Shown: positions 50,615 to 59,514 of the stretch, in pieces
Numbering within the stretch: the stretch's first letter is position 1
How the letters are laid out: each line of letters opens with the position of its first letter
Assembly (NCBI RefSeq): GCF_020832205.1
Contig: NZ_JAFIFD010000026.1
Location: forward strand, 7,269 to 71,268
Origin: Exiguobacterium sp.
Lineage (GTDB): Bacteria; Bacillota; Bacilli; Exiguobacteriales; Exiguobacteriaceae
Reading direction: 5' to 3'
Length of the DNA stretch: 64,000 bases
Notes under the pieces: generated by a model
What the model was told of the DNA's origin: nothing
Seen by the model: only the letters and a program-made list of their open reading frames with translations
Database searches by the model: none
Program-made: the position numbers and the translations under genes

Positions 50615-51157
50615 TTGGATGATGGAGCGATTATCGATTTGTATGTTGCCCGTTCTGAGCAGGCGATTGCGGCGACGGCAGCGAAGTACGGGGCGTATTG
50701 TTATACGATTTCCTATAATATTTTGCATAGCCGGGAAGACGCCGACGAGTGTGTGAACGACACGTATATGAAAGTGTGGCACGCGATCCCACCGACACGA
50801 CCGCGACGGTTTTCGGCCTACTTGGCGAAACTCGTCCGAAATGTCGCCCTCCATACATATGAGAAGGCGCACGCTAAAAAACGAGGTGGCAGTCAAGTGC
50901 CGCTCGTCCTCGAGGAACTCGAGCACTGTCTGTCGTCGTCGACCGATGATACGGAAGTGGTCGACTTGTTGAACGGATTTTTGGAACAGTTGCCGCAAGA
51001 GACACGACAGATTTTCATGTCGCGCTATTTTCACTTTCAATCGATTAAAGAAATCGCAAACGCGCGACAGTTGAGCGACAGCAAAGTGAAGATGGTGCTC
51101 ATGCGGACGCGAAACGAGCTGAGGGACAAGTTGGCAGCGGAAGGGGTGATACGATGA
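50615..51157 (+). CDS. RNA polymerase sigma factor, sigma-70/ECF-type
   Basis: Region 2 (ADECVNDTYMKVWHAI ... AYLAKLVRNVAL) and region 4 (LPQETRQIFMSRYFHFQSIKEIANARQLSDSKVKMVLMRTRNELR). TTG start 6 nt after GGAGGG. Confidence 0.85.
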   Translation: MDDGAIIDLYVARSEQAIAATAAKYGAYCYTISYNILHSREDADECVNDTYMKVWHAIPPTRPRRFSAYLAKLVRNVALHTYEKAHAKKRGGSQVPLVLEELEHCLSSSTDDTEVVDLLNGFLEQLPQETRQIFMSRYFHFQSIKEIANARQLSDSKVKMVLMRTRNELRDKLAAEGVIR

Positions 51158-51897
51158 GCGGGAAACGGTTGGCGCAGTTGATAGGGGAAGTCGATGATCG
51201 GTTTGTCGAAGAATCGATGCAGGGAAGTGTCAAGAAACGACAACGCGTCAAGTGGGTTGGAGGAATGATTGCAGTCGCCGCGGTCTCGCTTTTTGTGTTC
51301 TCGTGGGACGGCTTCAAAGAACGAATTCCGCTATCAGACAACTCGAGTAATATGTCGGTCGCCTATGTCGATGAAGGGGACATCGATGTCGGGATGTCGT
51401 CCGCGAATCTGATAGAGATGAGTGAGGACGAACTGTTCTCGAAATGGGAACCGGCTTTGATTCGAGGTGTCGTGACGCAAATCGATCACATCGAGCTCGA
51501 CTTTAATGGACAAGAGGAATACCGGTCGCTCGTGACGATTGACGTGACAGACGTCTATCGGGGGGACCTCGAGCCGGGCAGTGCGATCCAAGTGCTTACC
51601 GTCGCGGGCGTTGGCTCGGAGGTGTTGCAGTCGGATGCGGACGTCGTCTCCGAGCTTCGGCTCGGCATGGAAGGGATTTTCATGCCGATTCCGTACGATG
51701 CGTCACACATCTGGTCACAAAATGGGGCCACGCTTCAATTGACGGATGTGAGTGCTTACGGTTTTCCGGACGGTGAGCGGTACATGTTCTTGAATACGGA
51801 ACAAGGTCTCGTCTTCAGTCGAGACGCTTATCCGTCTTTGGCGGAGGCCAAGACGATTGAGGATGTGGAAACGTTCATGATGGAACAGGCTCGATGA
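51154..51897 (+). CDS. single-pass membrane protein, putative anti-sigma factor
   Basis: ATGA overlap with the sigma gene. Short cytoplasmic N-terminus, TM helix WVGGMIAVAAVSLFVFSW, extracytoplasmic domain of about 190 aa. Confidence 0.6.
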   Translation: MSGKRLAQLIGEVDDRFVEESMQGSVKKRQRVKWVGGMIAVAAVSLFVFSWDGFKERIPLSDNSSNMSVAYVDEGDIDVGMSSANLIEMSEDELFSKWEPALIRGVVTQIDHIELDFNGQEEYRSLVTIDVTDVYRGDLEPGSAIQVLTVAGVGSEVLQSDADVVSELRLGMEGIFMPIPYDASHIWSQNGATLQLTDVSAYGFPDGERYMFLNTEQGLVFSRDAYPSLAEAKTIEDVETFMMEQAR

Positions 51898-51925
51898 GAC
51901 AAAAATAGGGAGAAGGGTAAAAATC

Positions 51926-52096
51926 ATGGCAACTAGTGAATGGCGTCAATCTGCCGTCGGGTTGGGACTCGCGTTCGGCTCTGCTTTCGGAGTCATCATC
52001 CCGCTCATTTTCGGGTTTGAACTCGTATACGGGATTGTGATTGGGGCGACCGTGGGCTGGATTGTCGGGACAATCATTTCACTTAAACGAGAATGA
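51926..52096 (+). CDS. small membrane protein, 56 aa (paralog of 44156-44326)
   Basis: Own translation: MATSEWRQSAVGLGLAFGSAFGVIIPLIFGFELVYGIVIGATVGWIVGTIISLKRE. GGGAGAAGGG upstream. The overlapping minus ORF 51946-52335 looks non-coding. Confidence 0.65.
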   Translation: MATSEWRQSAVGLGLAFGSAFGVIIPLIFGFELVYGIVIGATVGWIVGTIISLKRE

Positions 52097-52249
52097 AGCA
52101 AACGAACCGGCACCGTAATTACGTAGGAATAGATGAAGTACGCACGAAGGATTGCACGGATAGGAAAAATGATAGAAACGCAGAAGATGATGGTACTGGG
52201 AAAGAATCGAAGCGAAATGAAGAAACGGAACAACGAGGGAGGAAGCCCA

Positions 52250-53179
52250 TTGAGAATGTTACGTGCCAGACATTTTGAACAAGCCGAACAAACGATTCTG
52301 ACATACGGAAGACCTTTAGAAATTGCGTGGTTCAATCACTATTTTCACGAGCAATCACAAGAACACGTCGTACTTGAACTGAGTAAGTATCAAAACGACG
52401 ATGGTGGATTTGGGCATGGGCTTGAGTCCGATTTCAGAGCCCCAATCTCCTCACCGATGGCGACATCTGTCGGGTTGCGACACTTGAATGAACTAAGTGG
52501 AATAGACGCCACAAAACCGATGATCGAAGCTGCGATTCACTATTTGGAAAACACGTATGACGCATCGCGAAATGGTTGGTTTGCTGTGTCGAAAGATAGC
52601 AATGATTTTCCTCATGCTTTTTGGTGGCACTATGACGAGACCGAAAACATGACGATGATCGATCGGAATTGGGGAAATCCTTCTGCGGAGATTATTGCTT
52701 ATCTGTATAAATATCGTGAATACACCACTCACTTAGACGCCGAGCGGCTCGTCGAAGATGCTATTCAGTATATGAATCGGAAGCCCATATTCAATTCAGA
52801 AAATGAAATCTATTGTTTTATCAGACTGTTTGATGTAGTGCCTGAGGCGTGGCGAACGCGTCTCGAGAGTGGTCTCATCAATGCTGTCGGACAAGTCATT
52901 GATTATGAAGAAGAACGATGGCACGAATATGTCCCAACGCCGCTTAGCTTCATGTGCGCGAAAACGAATAACCGTTTCGGGATACACGAACGGAAACTAG
53001 ACGCCCACTTACATTTTGTGATGGATGAATTGGAAAGGCACGGAAAGATTTTGCCTCCGTGGGGCAAAACGTATTATGAGACTGATTTGAAACAAGCCTA
53101 TCCAGAATGGATTGGGGTATTGACGCTTAAAGCGTTACTTTCGTTGCGACGGTTTGACAGACTGGAACCGAAGCGATGA
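52250..53179 (+). CDS. hypothetical protein with a QW-like (prenyltransferase/terpene-cyclase-type) motif
   Basis: KYQNDDGGFGHGLESD resembles the QxxDGGWG repeat of alpha/alpha-toroid proteins. GAGGGAGGA RBS, then the TTG at 52250 or the ATG at 52256. The ORF-track start at 52133 lacks an RBS. Confidence 0.6.
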   Translation: MRMLRARHFEQAEQTILTYGRPLEIAWFNHYFHEQSQEHVVLELSKYQNDDGGFGHGLESDFRAPISSPMATSVGLRHLNELSGIDATKPMIEAAIHYLENTYDASRNGWFAVSKDSNDFPHAFWWHYDETENMTMIDRNWGNPSAEIIAYLYKYREYTTHLDAERLVEDAIQYMNRKPIFNSENEIYCFIRLFDVVPEAWRTRLESGLINAVGQVIDYEEERWHEYVPTPLSFMCAKTNNRFGIHERKLDAHLHFVMDELERHGKILPPWGKTYYETDLKQAYPEWIGVLTLKALLSLRRFDRLEPKR

Positions 53180-53240
53180 AATGAGTCATTGAGTGGGCTA
53201 TAACCATTCAGCAATGAGGAATTCGATAGGGGGAGAAAAG

Positions 53241-53891
53241 ATGGAGCGCACGATCACAGTGAAAGGTACGGGGAAAGTATCGGTCAAGCCGGATTTGATT
53301 GTCTTGCGAATGGATGTGACGTCACGGGCGGTACGATACGAAGAGACGATGAACGAGGCGGCGACCGCGATCACACGGCTTCAAAAAGCGATTGAAAAGG
53401 CAGATTTTGAGAAGTCCGCTTTGAAGACGACCGACTTCTCGATCGATACGGATTATGAGAGCTATCGCGATGAGGAAGGCAATTATAAATCCCGTTTCCG
53501 CGGTTACGTCTGCAACCAAAACACAAAGCTCGAGTTTCCACTCGACACGAAACGACTGTCGCGTGTCATCGAAAACATCAGCAACTCGCTCGCGGAACCG
53601 AAACTGTCGATTCACTTCACAATCAAAGACGCGGACGCGGTGCAAGACGAACTGCTTGCGAGCGCCGCTGAGAATGCGCGGCATCGGGCTGAACTGTTGG
53701 CGAAAGGAGCCGGGGCGACGCTTGGTGAGTTGCTTCGAATCGACTATACGTGGGGCGAACTGCACATCTTTTCCCCGACGCGTCTGACGTTCAGTGACAA
53801 TATCCTCTACTCAGAAGAGCGCATGCCGGAACTCGAACCGGACGAGATCGACTTGAGCGACAACGCCACGTTCGTCTGGGAAATCAAATGA
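53241..53891 (+). CDS. SIMPL (DUF541/BP26-like) domain protein without a signal peptide
   Basis: MERTITVKGTGKVSVKPDLIVLRMDV... and AENARHRAELLAKGAG are typical SIMPL segments. GGGGGAG RBS before the ATG at 53241. Confidence 0.75.
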   Translation: MERTITVKGTGKVSVKPDLIVLRMDVTSRAVRYEETMNEAATAITRLQKAIEKADFEKSALKTTDFSIDTDYESYRDEEGNYKSRFRGYVCNQNTKLEFPLDTKRLSRVIENISNSLAEPKLSIHFTIKDADAVQDELLASAAENARHRAELLAKGAGATLGELLRIDYTWGELHIFSPTRLTFSDNILYSEERMPELEPDEIDLSDNATFVWEIK

Positions 53892-54310
53892 GACGTGTCC
53901 CTTGGCTCATCGTCATGTTGCTGTCGATCACCGTCTCGGTCCATGCCTTGTCCTGGGCGTATGCGTTCGTCGTTCTGGACGGACGGTTATATGAAGTAAC
54001 GGATGTTGTCGTCACGGAGGCCGAGCTAGGTGAAGTCGTCGGGGAAGTCAAGACGATGGCAGACGATATGACGGGACGCCATTACGGCGACGCCTCCAAT
54101 ATGTATCCGATCGGCACGAAGTATCGAGAAGTGATCGGAGAGCCGATTGAAGACGTGATTGCGGTCGAGGACGGATCGGAGTGGAAGCGGGCCGAGTATA
54201 TCCGTGACGCCCCGTTCAGCTTGCGTGATCACCTTGACACGGTCGCGTATGTGGCGGTCGGGATTGGAGTGTTTCTATTTGGAATGAACCGAGTGAGGAG
54301 AACGAGATGA
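53888..54310 (+). CDS. hypothetical bitopic membrane protein
   Basis: N-terminal TM/signal WLIVMLLSITVSVHALSWA and C-terminal TM VAYVAVGIGVFLFGM. ATGA overlaps with both neighbours. Confidence 0.6.
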   Translation: MRRVPWLIVMLLSITVSVHALSWAYAFVVLDGRLYEVTDVVVTEAELGEVVGEVKTMADDMTGRHYGDASNMYPIGTKYREVIGEPIEDVIAVEDGSEWKRAEYIRDAPFSLRDHLDTVAYVAVGIGVFLFGMNRVRRTR

Positions 54311-55260
54311 ACTTATATGATTTTGAGAGCTATGTCCCGAAACGGATTGAAAACCGCGGCTACGACTATTATAAGGGTGGTGCAATCGAACGCGTATCGG
54401 AAAAAGAGAACACGCATACGTTCGACGTATATGGCAGTGACGTGTATCGAGTGGTCGTCCTATGTGCGAATGAGTGGGTGATTCAATCATCCTGCGATTG
54501 TCCATATGAGAAAGGGACGTGCAAGCACGAGGTCGCTGCCTTCTATTTATTGCGCGATCGACTCACTTCCGGACCATCGTTTGATTTAGAGACAGCACTC
54601 GGGAAATTGAAAAAGTCAGACCTCATCGACGTGGTATTGAGGTTGGCACGTGACCCTGATGTGTATGATCATCTTGTACAGGACTTGGCTCCTCCACGAC
54701 GACTGCCCGAGACGTTCATGCAACGTTGCGAGCGTGAGATAGCAGAGAAGTTCTCGAGTGGCATCATCCCGCAACAGGAAATCCCGAAATTGAGACGATA
54801 CTTGTTCCGGAAAATAGACGAGCTACGTTCGAATCCGGATCCGGTTGCACGCCTCTTTACCGGCGTGACGTTTCTTCATACAGTCACACCTACTATAATG
54901 ATGTGCGACATGTTTATCGAACTGTTATGGGCGGTGCGAGATACGGTGACCGATGTGCTTGTGTCCGCGATTGAGGAGATACCGACACAAAATCGAACAG
55001 CTGTATTTCAGCGTTTGATTTTGTTGTGGCACGAGTTGCGCCTCGGCGTCTACAATGATGTACACGTCCGGCTGTTACAGGCGATTGTTCCTCTATATGA
55101 AGGAGACAAGGCGTTCCTCATTGAACAAATCGATCGATTCAAAAATACACACGCCGAGGCGAGTGACTTAGAACATCTGGACAGGTTCATCAAATTGTTG
55201 AAAGAAGAAGGGCAGTTAAATGATAGACGTTCCTCGAAAACGGGAACAGATTCTGTGTAA
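54307..55260 (+). CDS. SWIM zinc-finger domain protein
   Basis: CxCx(n)CxH signature in SSCDCPYEKGTCKHEVAAFYLL, followed by a helical region of about 230 aa of unknown function. Confidence 0.75.
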   Translation: MNLYDFESYVPKRIENRGYDYYKGGAIERVSEKENTHTFDVYGSDVYRVVVLCANEWVIQSSCDCPYEKGTCKHEVAAFYLLRDRLTSGPSFDLETALGKLKKSDLIDVVLRLARDPDVYDHLVQDLAPPRRLPETFMQRCEREIAEKFSSGIIPQQEIPKLRRYLFRKIDELRSNPDPVARLFTGVTFLHTVTPTIMMCDMFIELLWAVRDTVTDVLVSAIEEIPTQNRTAVFQRLILLWHELRLGVYNDVHVRLLQAIVPLYEGDKAFLIEQIDRFKNTHAEASDLEHLDRFIKLLKEEGQLNDRRSSKTGTDSV

Positions 55261-55295
55261 CGTCGTCTAAGTTCATATAGAGAGAAGGGATCGGT

Positions 55296-55766
55296 ATGCA
55301 CATTCTCATCATCTATGACTCGATGTACGGCCACACGGAAAAAGTTGCCCACGCCATTAAGGACGGATTCAGCGAGTTACACCATGTCCGGGCCGAACAA
55401 GTCGGCCATATCGGCTACGGGGATTTGGCCAACCTCGATTTGCTCATCGTCGGTTCGCCGACGCACGGCGGCCGCGAGACAGAAGACGTGAAGACATTTT
55501 TAGACGGCTTATCCGACCATGCGCTGCGTGGGATGCGGGCCGCTGCGTTCGATACGAGCATGGCGGAAGACGACCAAGGCTTCTTCGTCGGGAAAATCGT
55601 GAAATGGTTTGGGCACGCTTCGACACGGATTGAGCGGGAGCTGATCGAAAAAGGGGCGGAGCCTGTGCTCAAAGAATCGTTCCTCGTCCTCGGTAAAGAA
55701 GGGCCGCTCAAAGACGGAGAGCTCGAACGGGCACGTGAGTGGGCGATGGATTTATTCAAAAATTGA
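55296..55766 (+). CDS. flavodoxin family protein
   Basis: MHILIIYDSMYGHTEKVA FMN-binding start and LIVGSPTHGG. 156 aa. Confidence 0.8.
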   Translation: MHILIIYDSMYGHTEKVAHAIKDGFSELHHVRAEQVGHIGYGDLANLDLLIVGSPTHGGRETEDVKTFLDGLSDHALRGMRAAAFDTSMAEDDQGFFVGKIVKWFGHASTRIERELIEKGAEPVLKESFLVLGKEGPLKDGELERAREWAMDLFKN

Positions 55767-55769
55767 GTG

Positions 55770-55798
55770 AACGCATTCCAAACGGAGTGCGTTTTTTT
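55770..55798 (+). terminator. rho-independent terminator
   Basis: AACGCATTCC/GGAGTGCGTT stem followed by TTTTTT. Confidence 0.85.
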
Positions 55799-55875
55799 GT
55801 GGGGTACGTGAGACGAAACGATTCGAAAACGGGTAAATAGAAGTATGGCCTTGTCTCTAGATAGGAGGGAGAACG

Positions 55876-56277
55876 ATGAAAAAATGGGAACGGGATGTCC
55901 TCGTCGGTTGGATTGTCGTGTTGCTCGTGCTTGTCGCCCACTATTTGATCACCGTGTCACTTGGAAACACTTATTTCGCCGAGGCGACGTTGAACCGGAT
56001 GCTTTGGTTCTCAAGTTTCCCGGCCTTCTTGATCGCGTTTGTCGCAGCACTCCTCATGAAAACAGGTACGCTCACGCTCGCCGTCCGGCGCGGTGTCATT
56101 TGGACGGCAGAGCTTCTTGTCGGATTCGCCGTCATCGCTTGGTTTTTCCGGGCGTTTGAAGCGTTGTTCGCGAGCCCGGGTGCGTATTGGCTGTTCGGTG
56201 CCGTCCTGCTCGCCCCGCTCGTCTACTTGTTCGAGTTCCGGCGTCAAAACCGCGGCACGAAAGCGGGCGCCCATTGA
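55876..56277 (+). CDS. hypothetical membrane protein (4 TM)
   Basis: 133 aa with four hydrophobic spans. TAGGAGGGAG RBS. Confidence 0.6.
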   Translation: MKKWERDVLVGWIVVLLVLVAHYLITVSLGNTYFAEATLNRMLWFSSFPAFLIAFVAALLMKTGTLTLAVRRGVIWTAELLVGFAVIAWFFRAFEALFASPGAYWLFGAVLLAPLVYLFEFRRQNRGTKAGAH

Positions 56278-56282
56278 CTTCG

Positions 56283-56309
56283 AAAACGCCGCCGCAAGGA
56301 GGCGTTTTT
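56283..56309 (+). terminator. rho-independent terminator
   Basis: AAAACGCC/GGCGTTTT stem followed by T. Confidence 0.65.
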
Positions 56310-56361
56310 AGCTTGTCCTGGAATGGGAATGGGATAAGGAAGACAAGAGGAGGGAATTGAC

Positions 56362-57474
56362 ATGAGCCATTATTTTTCAAAATCTTATGAAGAGTCGCGG
56401 GAGAAGTTTCTTGCGCTGCTCGACACGGTCAAACAATATTATCCGAGTGCCCGGACGATGTCCCATTCGATCGGGGACGGCACGATCGACTTGATCATCG
56501 GGGAACCGCCGGGCTCGCGTGAGTCGATGCTGCTGATGACGATCGGCGAGCACGGGATCGAAGGGTATGCCGGGGCGGCCGTGACCCATCAATTCGTCGC
56601 GGAACAGTTGCCGCATGTCCGCCACGAGTCGATAGGTGTCTGTTTCATTCACGCCGTCAATCCGTGGGGGATGAAACATTTCCGGCGCGTCAACGAGCAC
56701 AACGTCGACTTGAATCGAAACTACGTCATCGACCGGGAGTCACTGCCGCGTAACGTCAACAAAGAGTATGAAGTGATGCGGCATATGTTCGTGCCGGACG
56801 GGGTGATCGACGATTATCACGAAGCTCGGGAACATATCTATTCGTTCCTCGGCTCAGGCATCAAGCTCGACGGGTTCGATGCGATGACCGCGGCGAAAGG
56901 GATGGGGCAGTATCAATTCCCGAAAGGCGTCTATTACGGCGGAGAGTCAGATGAGCCATCGGCGATTTTCATGAAAGAGATTCAATACGACTTGCTCGAC
57001 CGTTACGACCGGATCGTCCACATGGACTGGCACACCGCCCTCGGACCGACGAATGAAGTGACGATGGTCGTCAGTGAGCGGGACGGTCGCGACGCCGAGA
57101 CGCTCAAGCAGACGTACGGCTTGAAAAACGCGAAGACGTTCGACCCGAACGACGTGCTCGGTGATTCAACGAACCATTTTTATTACGTCCGCGACACAAA
57201 GTTCCCGGACAAACAGCTCGTCTCGGCGTTGTTCGAGTTCGGCACGTTCGGTACGTCGACGAAGGCGTCGATTCGTGAATTTCTGACGATCATCTTGGAG
57301 AATCGGTTGTATTTCGAAGGCACGAAAGATCCGACGGCACGGAACGAGATTCAAAAAGAGTTCATGGCGATGTTCTACCCGGACGATGCGCAGTGGCGCG
57401 AGGCGGTGCTCCGGGAAGGGGCGACGACGATCGAGCACGTATTGAAAGCCGAATCACTCTGGCGCGAGCGTTGA
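56362..57474 (+). CDS. M14-family metallopeptidase-like protein (DUF2817-like)
   Basis: The N-terminus YFSKSYEESREKFL and the later HAVNPWG and DLNRN segments resemble the zinc-carboxypeptidase/succinylglutamate-desuccinylase superfamily. GAGGAGGG RBS. Confidence 0.6.
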   Translation: MSHYFSKSYEESREKFLALLDTVKQYYPSARTMSHSIGDGTIDLIIGEPPGSRESMLLMTIGEHGIEGYAGAAVTHQFVAEQLPHVRHESIGVCFIHAVNPWGMKHFRRVNEHNVDLNRNYVIDRESLPRNVNKEYEVMRHMFVPDGVIDDYHEAREHIYSFLGSGIKLDGFDAMTAAKGMGQYQFPKGVYYGGESDEPSAIFMKEIQYDLLDRYDRIVHMDWHTALGPTNEVTMVVSERDGRDAETLKQTYGLKNAKTFDPNDVLGDSTNHFYYVRDTKFPDKQLVSALFEFGTFGTSTKASIREFLTIILENRLYFEGTKDPTARNEIQKEFMAMFYPDDAQWREAVLREGATTIEHVLKAESLWRER

Positions 57475-57549
57475 CAGGTTTTCACTTTGCGGAATCGGGA
57501 AAAGTCGCTTGTGGGCAACAACGGCTCAACATGAAGATGCGGAGGTCAT

Positions 57550-58353
57550 ATGATGGGGAACTACATTACGGCTCATGACGGGACGAACATTTACGTCGAC
57601 GACGTCGGTACGGGCGAGGCGGTCGTCTTCTTGCACGGTTGGCCGGCGAACAACAACATGTTCGAATATCAGAAGAATGCGTTGCTCGAGGCCGGATATC
57701 GCTATGTCGGAATCGACTATCGCGGTTACGGGAAATCGGACACGCCGGCGACGGGGTATGACTATGCGACGATGGCGTCTGACGTCCATATGGTCGTCAA
57801 CGGGCTCGGCGTGAGGGACTTCACGCTCGTCGGTTTCTCGATGGGCGGGGCGATCGCCATCCGTTACGCGGTCGATTATCCGGACGACGGGTTGAAAAAG
57901 CTTGTCCTCGCGGGCGCTGCCGCCCCGGTGTTCACTCAACGTCCAGATTATCCATATGGGATGACGAAAGAAGAAGTCGACGCCTTGATTGACGATACGA
58001 TGAAAGATCGGCCGAAGATGCTCGAAGGGTTCGGAGAGATTTTCTTTGAACAAGAGCACTCGAAGCCGATGCAAAACTGGTTCCATCACTTGTCGCTCAT
58101 CGCCTCGAGCCACGGAACGATCGCCTCGGCGAAAGCGCTCCGCGATGAGGATTTACGAGAAGACCTGGGGAACGTGCCGGTCGAGACGCTCATCATTCAC
58201 GGGGTCCACGACAAGATCTGTCCGTTCGAGTTCGCCCTCGAGATGGAAAAAGGAATCCCGAACGCCCGTCTCGAGCGGTTCGAGGAGAGCGGTCACGGGA
58301 CGGTGCTCGACGAGATGGACAAGTTCAATCAGACACTGCTCGGATTCATTTGA
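57550..58353 (+). CDS. alpha/beta hydrolase (non-heme haloperoxidase/esterase-like)
   Basis: VVFLHGWPANNNMF, nucleophile elbow GFSMGG, C-terminal SGHG. 267 aa. Confidence 0.85.
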   Translation: MMGNYITAHDGTNIYVDDVGTGEAVVFLHGWPANNNMFEYQKNALLEAGYRYVGIDYRGYGKSDTPATGYDYATMASDVHMVVNGLGVRDFTLVGFSMGGAIAIRYAVDYPDDGLKKLVLAGAAAPVFTQRPDYPYGMTKEEVDALIDDTMKDRPKMLEGFGEIFFEQEHSKPMQNWFHHLSLIASSHGTIASAKALRDEDLREDLGNVPVETLIIHGVHDKICPFEFALEMEKGIPNARLERFEESGHGTVLDEMDKFNQTLLGFI

Positions 58354-58358
58354 CGGCA

Positions 58359-58386
58359 AGAGACGCCTTCGATTAGGCGTCTTTTT
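58359..58386 (+). terminator. rho-independent terminator
   Basis: AGACGCCT/AGGCGTCT stem followed by TTTT. Confidence 0.8.
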
Positions 58387-58613
58387 CACGTCTTCGGAGG
58401 GGTAGCACAGAATCGTTTCGGGTATACATAATATGGGAGACTTGTTGCCGGGTTTGGTCATTCGGCAAACGTTTTCAACTGAAACGATTGATGGATGGAT
58501 CATTTCATGAAGGGATGGTGAAACAATTGTGGGGAGCGACCATTTTTTGCGGTCGACCGCACGATTCATGGTACAATGATGGGGTGGATTAACAGATTGA
58601 GGAGAGATTTGAG

Positions 58614-59042
58614 ATGAATATCGCTTTCTTTTTATATCCGAAAGAAGACGTCAAATATTTAGACCCGGAGTCGACGGTGCGCCAAGCACTCGAGAAGATG
58701 AAGCATCATCGCTTCACCTCGGTGCCGCTCGTATCTGAGAACGGCTTTTATGCCGGGACGATGACAGAAGGGGATTTACTCTGGGCACTCGCCGAGCAAC
58801 TTCGCGGGGAAGAAGACTACGAAAAAGTGCTCCGGACACGATTGAAAGACATCAAGCAGCGCGTACGCTATAAACCGGTCGCGATCACGGCGCAAATCGA
58901 GGAACTCGTCGATGCGATCACCGATCAAAACTTCGTGCCGGTTGTCGATGACGGTAAGTATTTCATCGGCATCATCCGGCGCCGCGACATCATCGAGTAT
59001 TACTCGACGAAGTTAAAACAGCTTGAAAGTAAAGTAAATTAA
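58614..59042 (+). CDS. CBS domain pair protein
   Basis: 142 aa with two CBS-like repeats (HRFTSVPLVSENGFYAGTMTEGDLL and QNFVPVVDDGKYFIGIIRRRDII). Confidence 0.75.
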   Translation: MNIAFFLYPKEDVKYLDPESTVRQALEKMKHHRFTSVPLVSENGFYAGTMTEGDLLWALAEQLRGEEDYEKVLRTRLKDIKQRVRYKPVAITAQIEELVDAITDQNFVPVVDDGKYFIGIIRRRDIIEYYSTKLKQLESKVN

Positions 59043-59048
59043 ACCTTG

Positions 59049-59076
59049 AAGCCAAGTCGATGGATGACTTGGCTTT
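59049..59076 (+). terminator. rho-independent terminator
   Basis: AAGCCAAGTC/GACTTGGCTT stem followed by T. Confidence 0.7.
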
Positions 59077-59113
59077 CCTATCGTTCACGTAAAAATGAAA
59101 AGAGGAACTGAAA

Positions 59114-59509
59114 ATGAATGAAGAAGAAACGTTTGTCATCGAGTCGGTCTCACCAAATGAGCGCTACGTCTGTGTATTCGAAGATGATGGGGAGACAGGA
59201 TACGTTTATTTTTGTCCGCTGGATTCTTCAGGGGAGATGGAAGGAATCGCGGACGCGCTCTGGATTTACGACCAAATCGCACCGCCGATCGAAGCGTGTG
59301 AAGAAGTCGGATTTGCCTGGGACGACCGTTCGTCGAAAGTCGCGTTCATCGTGGACGGAGAATGTTGGGGTATGTTGGACCTGAACACGAAACGGAAACT
59401 CACCGCACCGCGTGAGCATAACGCCATCGTCTCGCTCCCGATTGAACTATGGGAAGCGGGCATCCCGGCGTCAGAGGGAGAGGCTCTACAGATGAGTGTT
59501 GAGAGCTGA
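59114..59509 (+). CDS. hypothetical protein (DUF2251-like)
   Basis: 131-aa ORF with an AGAGGA RBS. YVCVFEDDGETGYVYFC recalls DUF2251 (from memory only). Confidence 0.5.
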   Translation: MNEEETFVIESVSPNERYVCVFEDDGETGYVYFCPLDSSGEMEGIADALWIYDQIAPPIEACEEVGFAWDDRSSKVAFIVDGECWGMLDLNTKRKLTAPREHNAIVSLPIELWEAGIPASEGEALQMSVES

Positions 59510-59514
59510 CGTTC

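Noticed and set aside
52133-52249. N-terminal extension of the QW-motif protein given in the ORF track.
   Set aside because: It is a highly basic Lys/Arg-rich stretch without an RBS. A strong GAGGGAGGA precedes the internal TTG/ATG at 52250/52256.
51946-52335. 129-aa minus-strand ORF.
   Set aside because: It is antisense to the conserved 56-aa ORF and spans an intergenic gap. It has no RBS and its composition is odd.
57526-58113. 195-aa minus-strand ORF inside the hydrolase gene.
   Set aside because: It is antisense to a gene with the alpha/beta-hydrolase nucleophile elbow.
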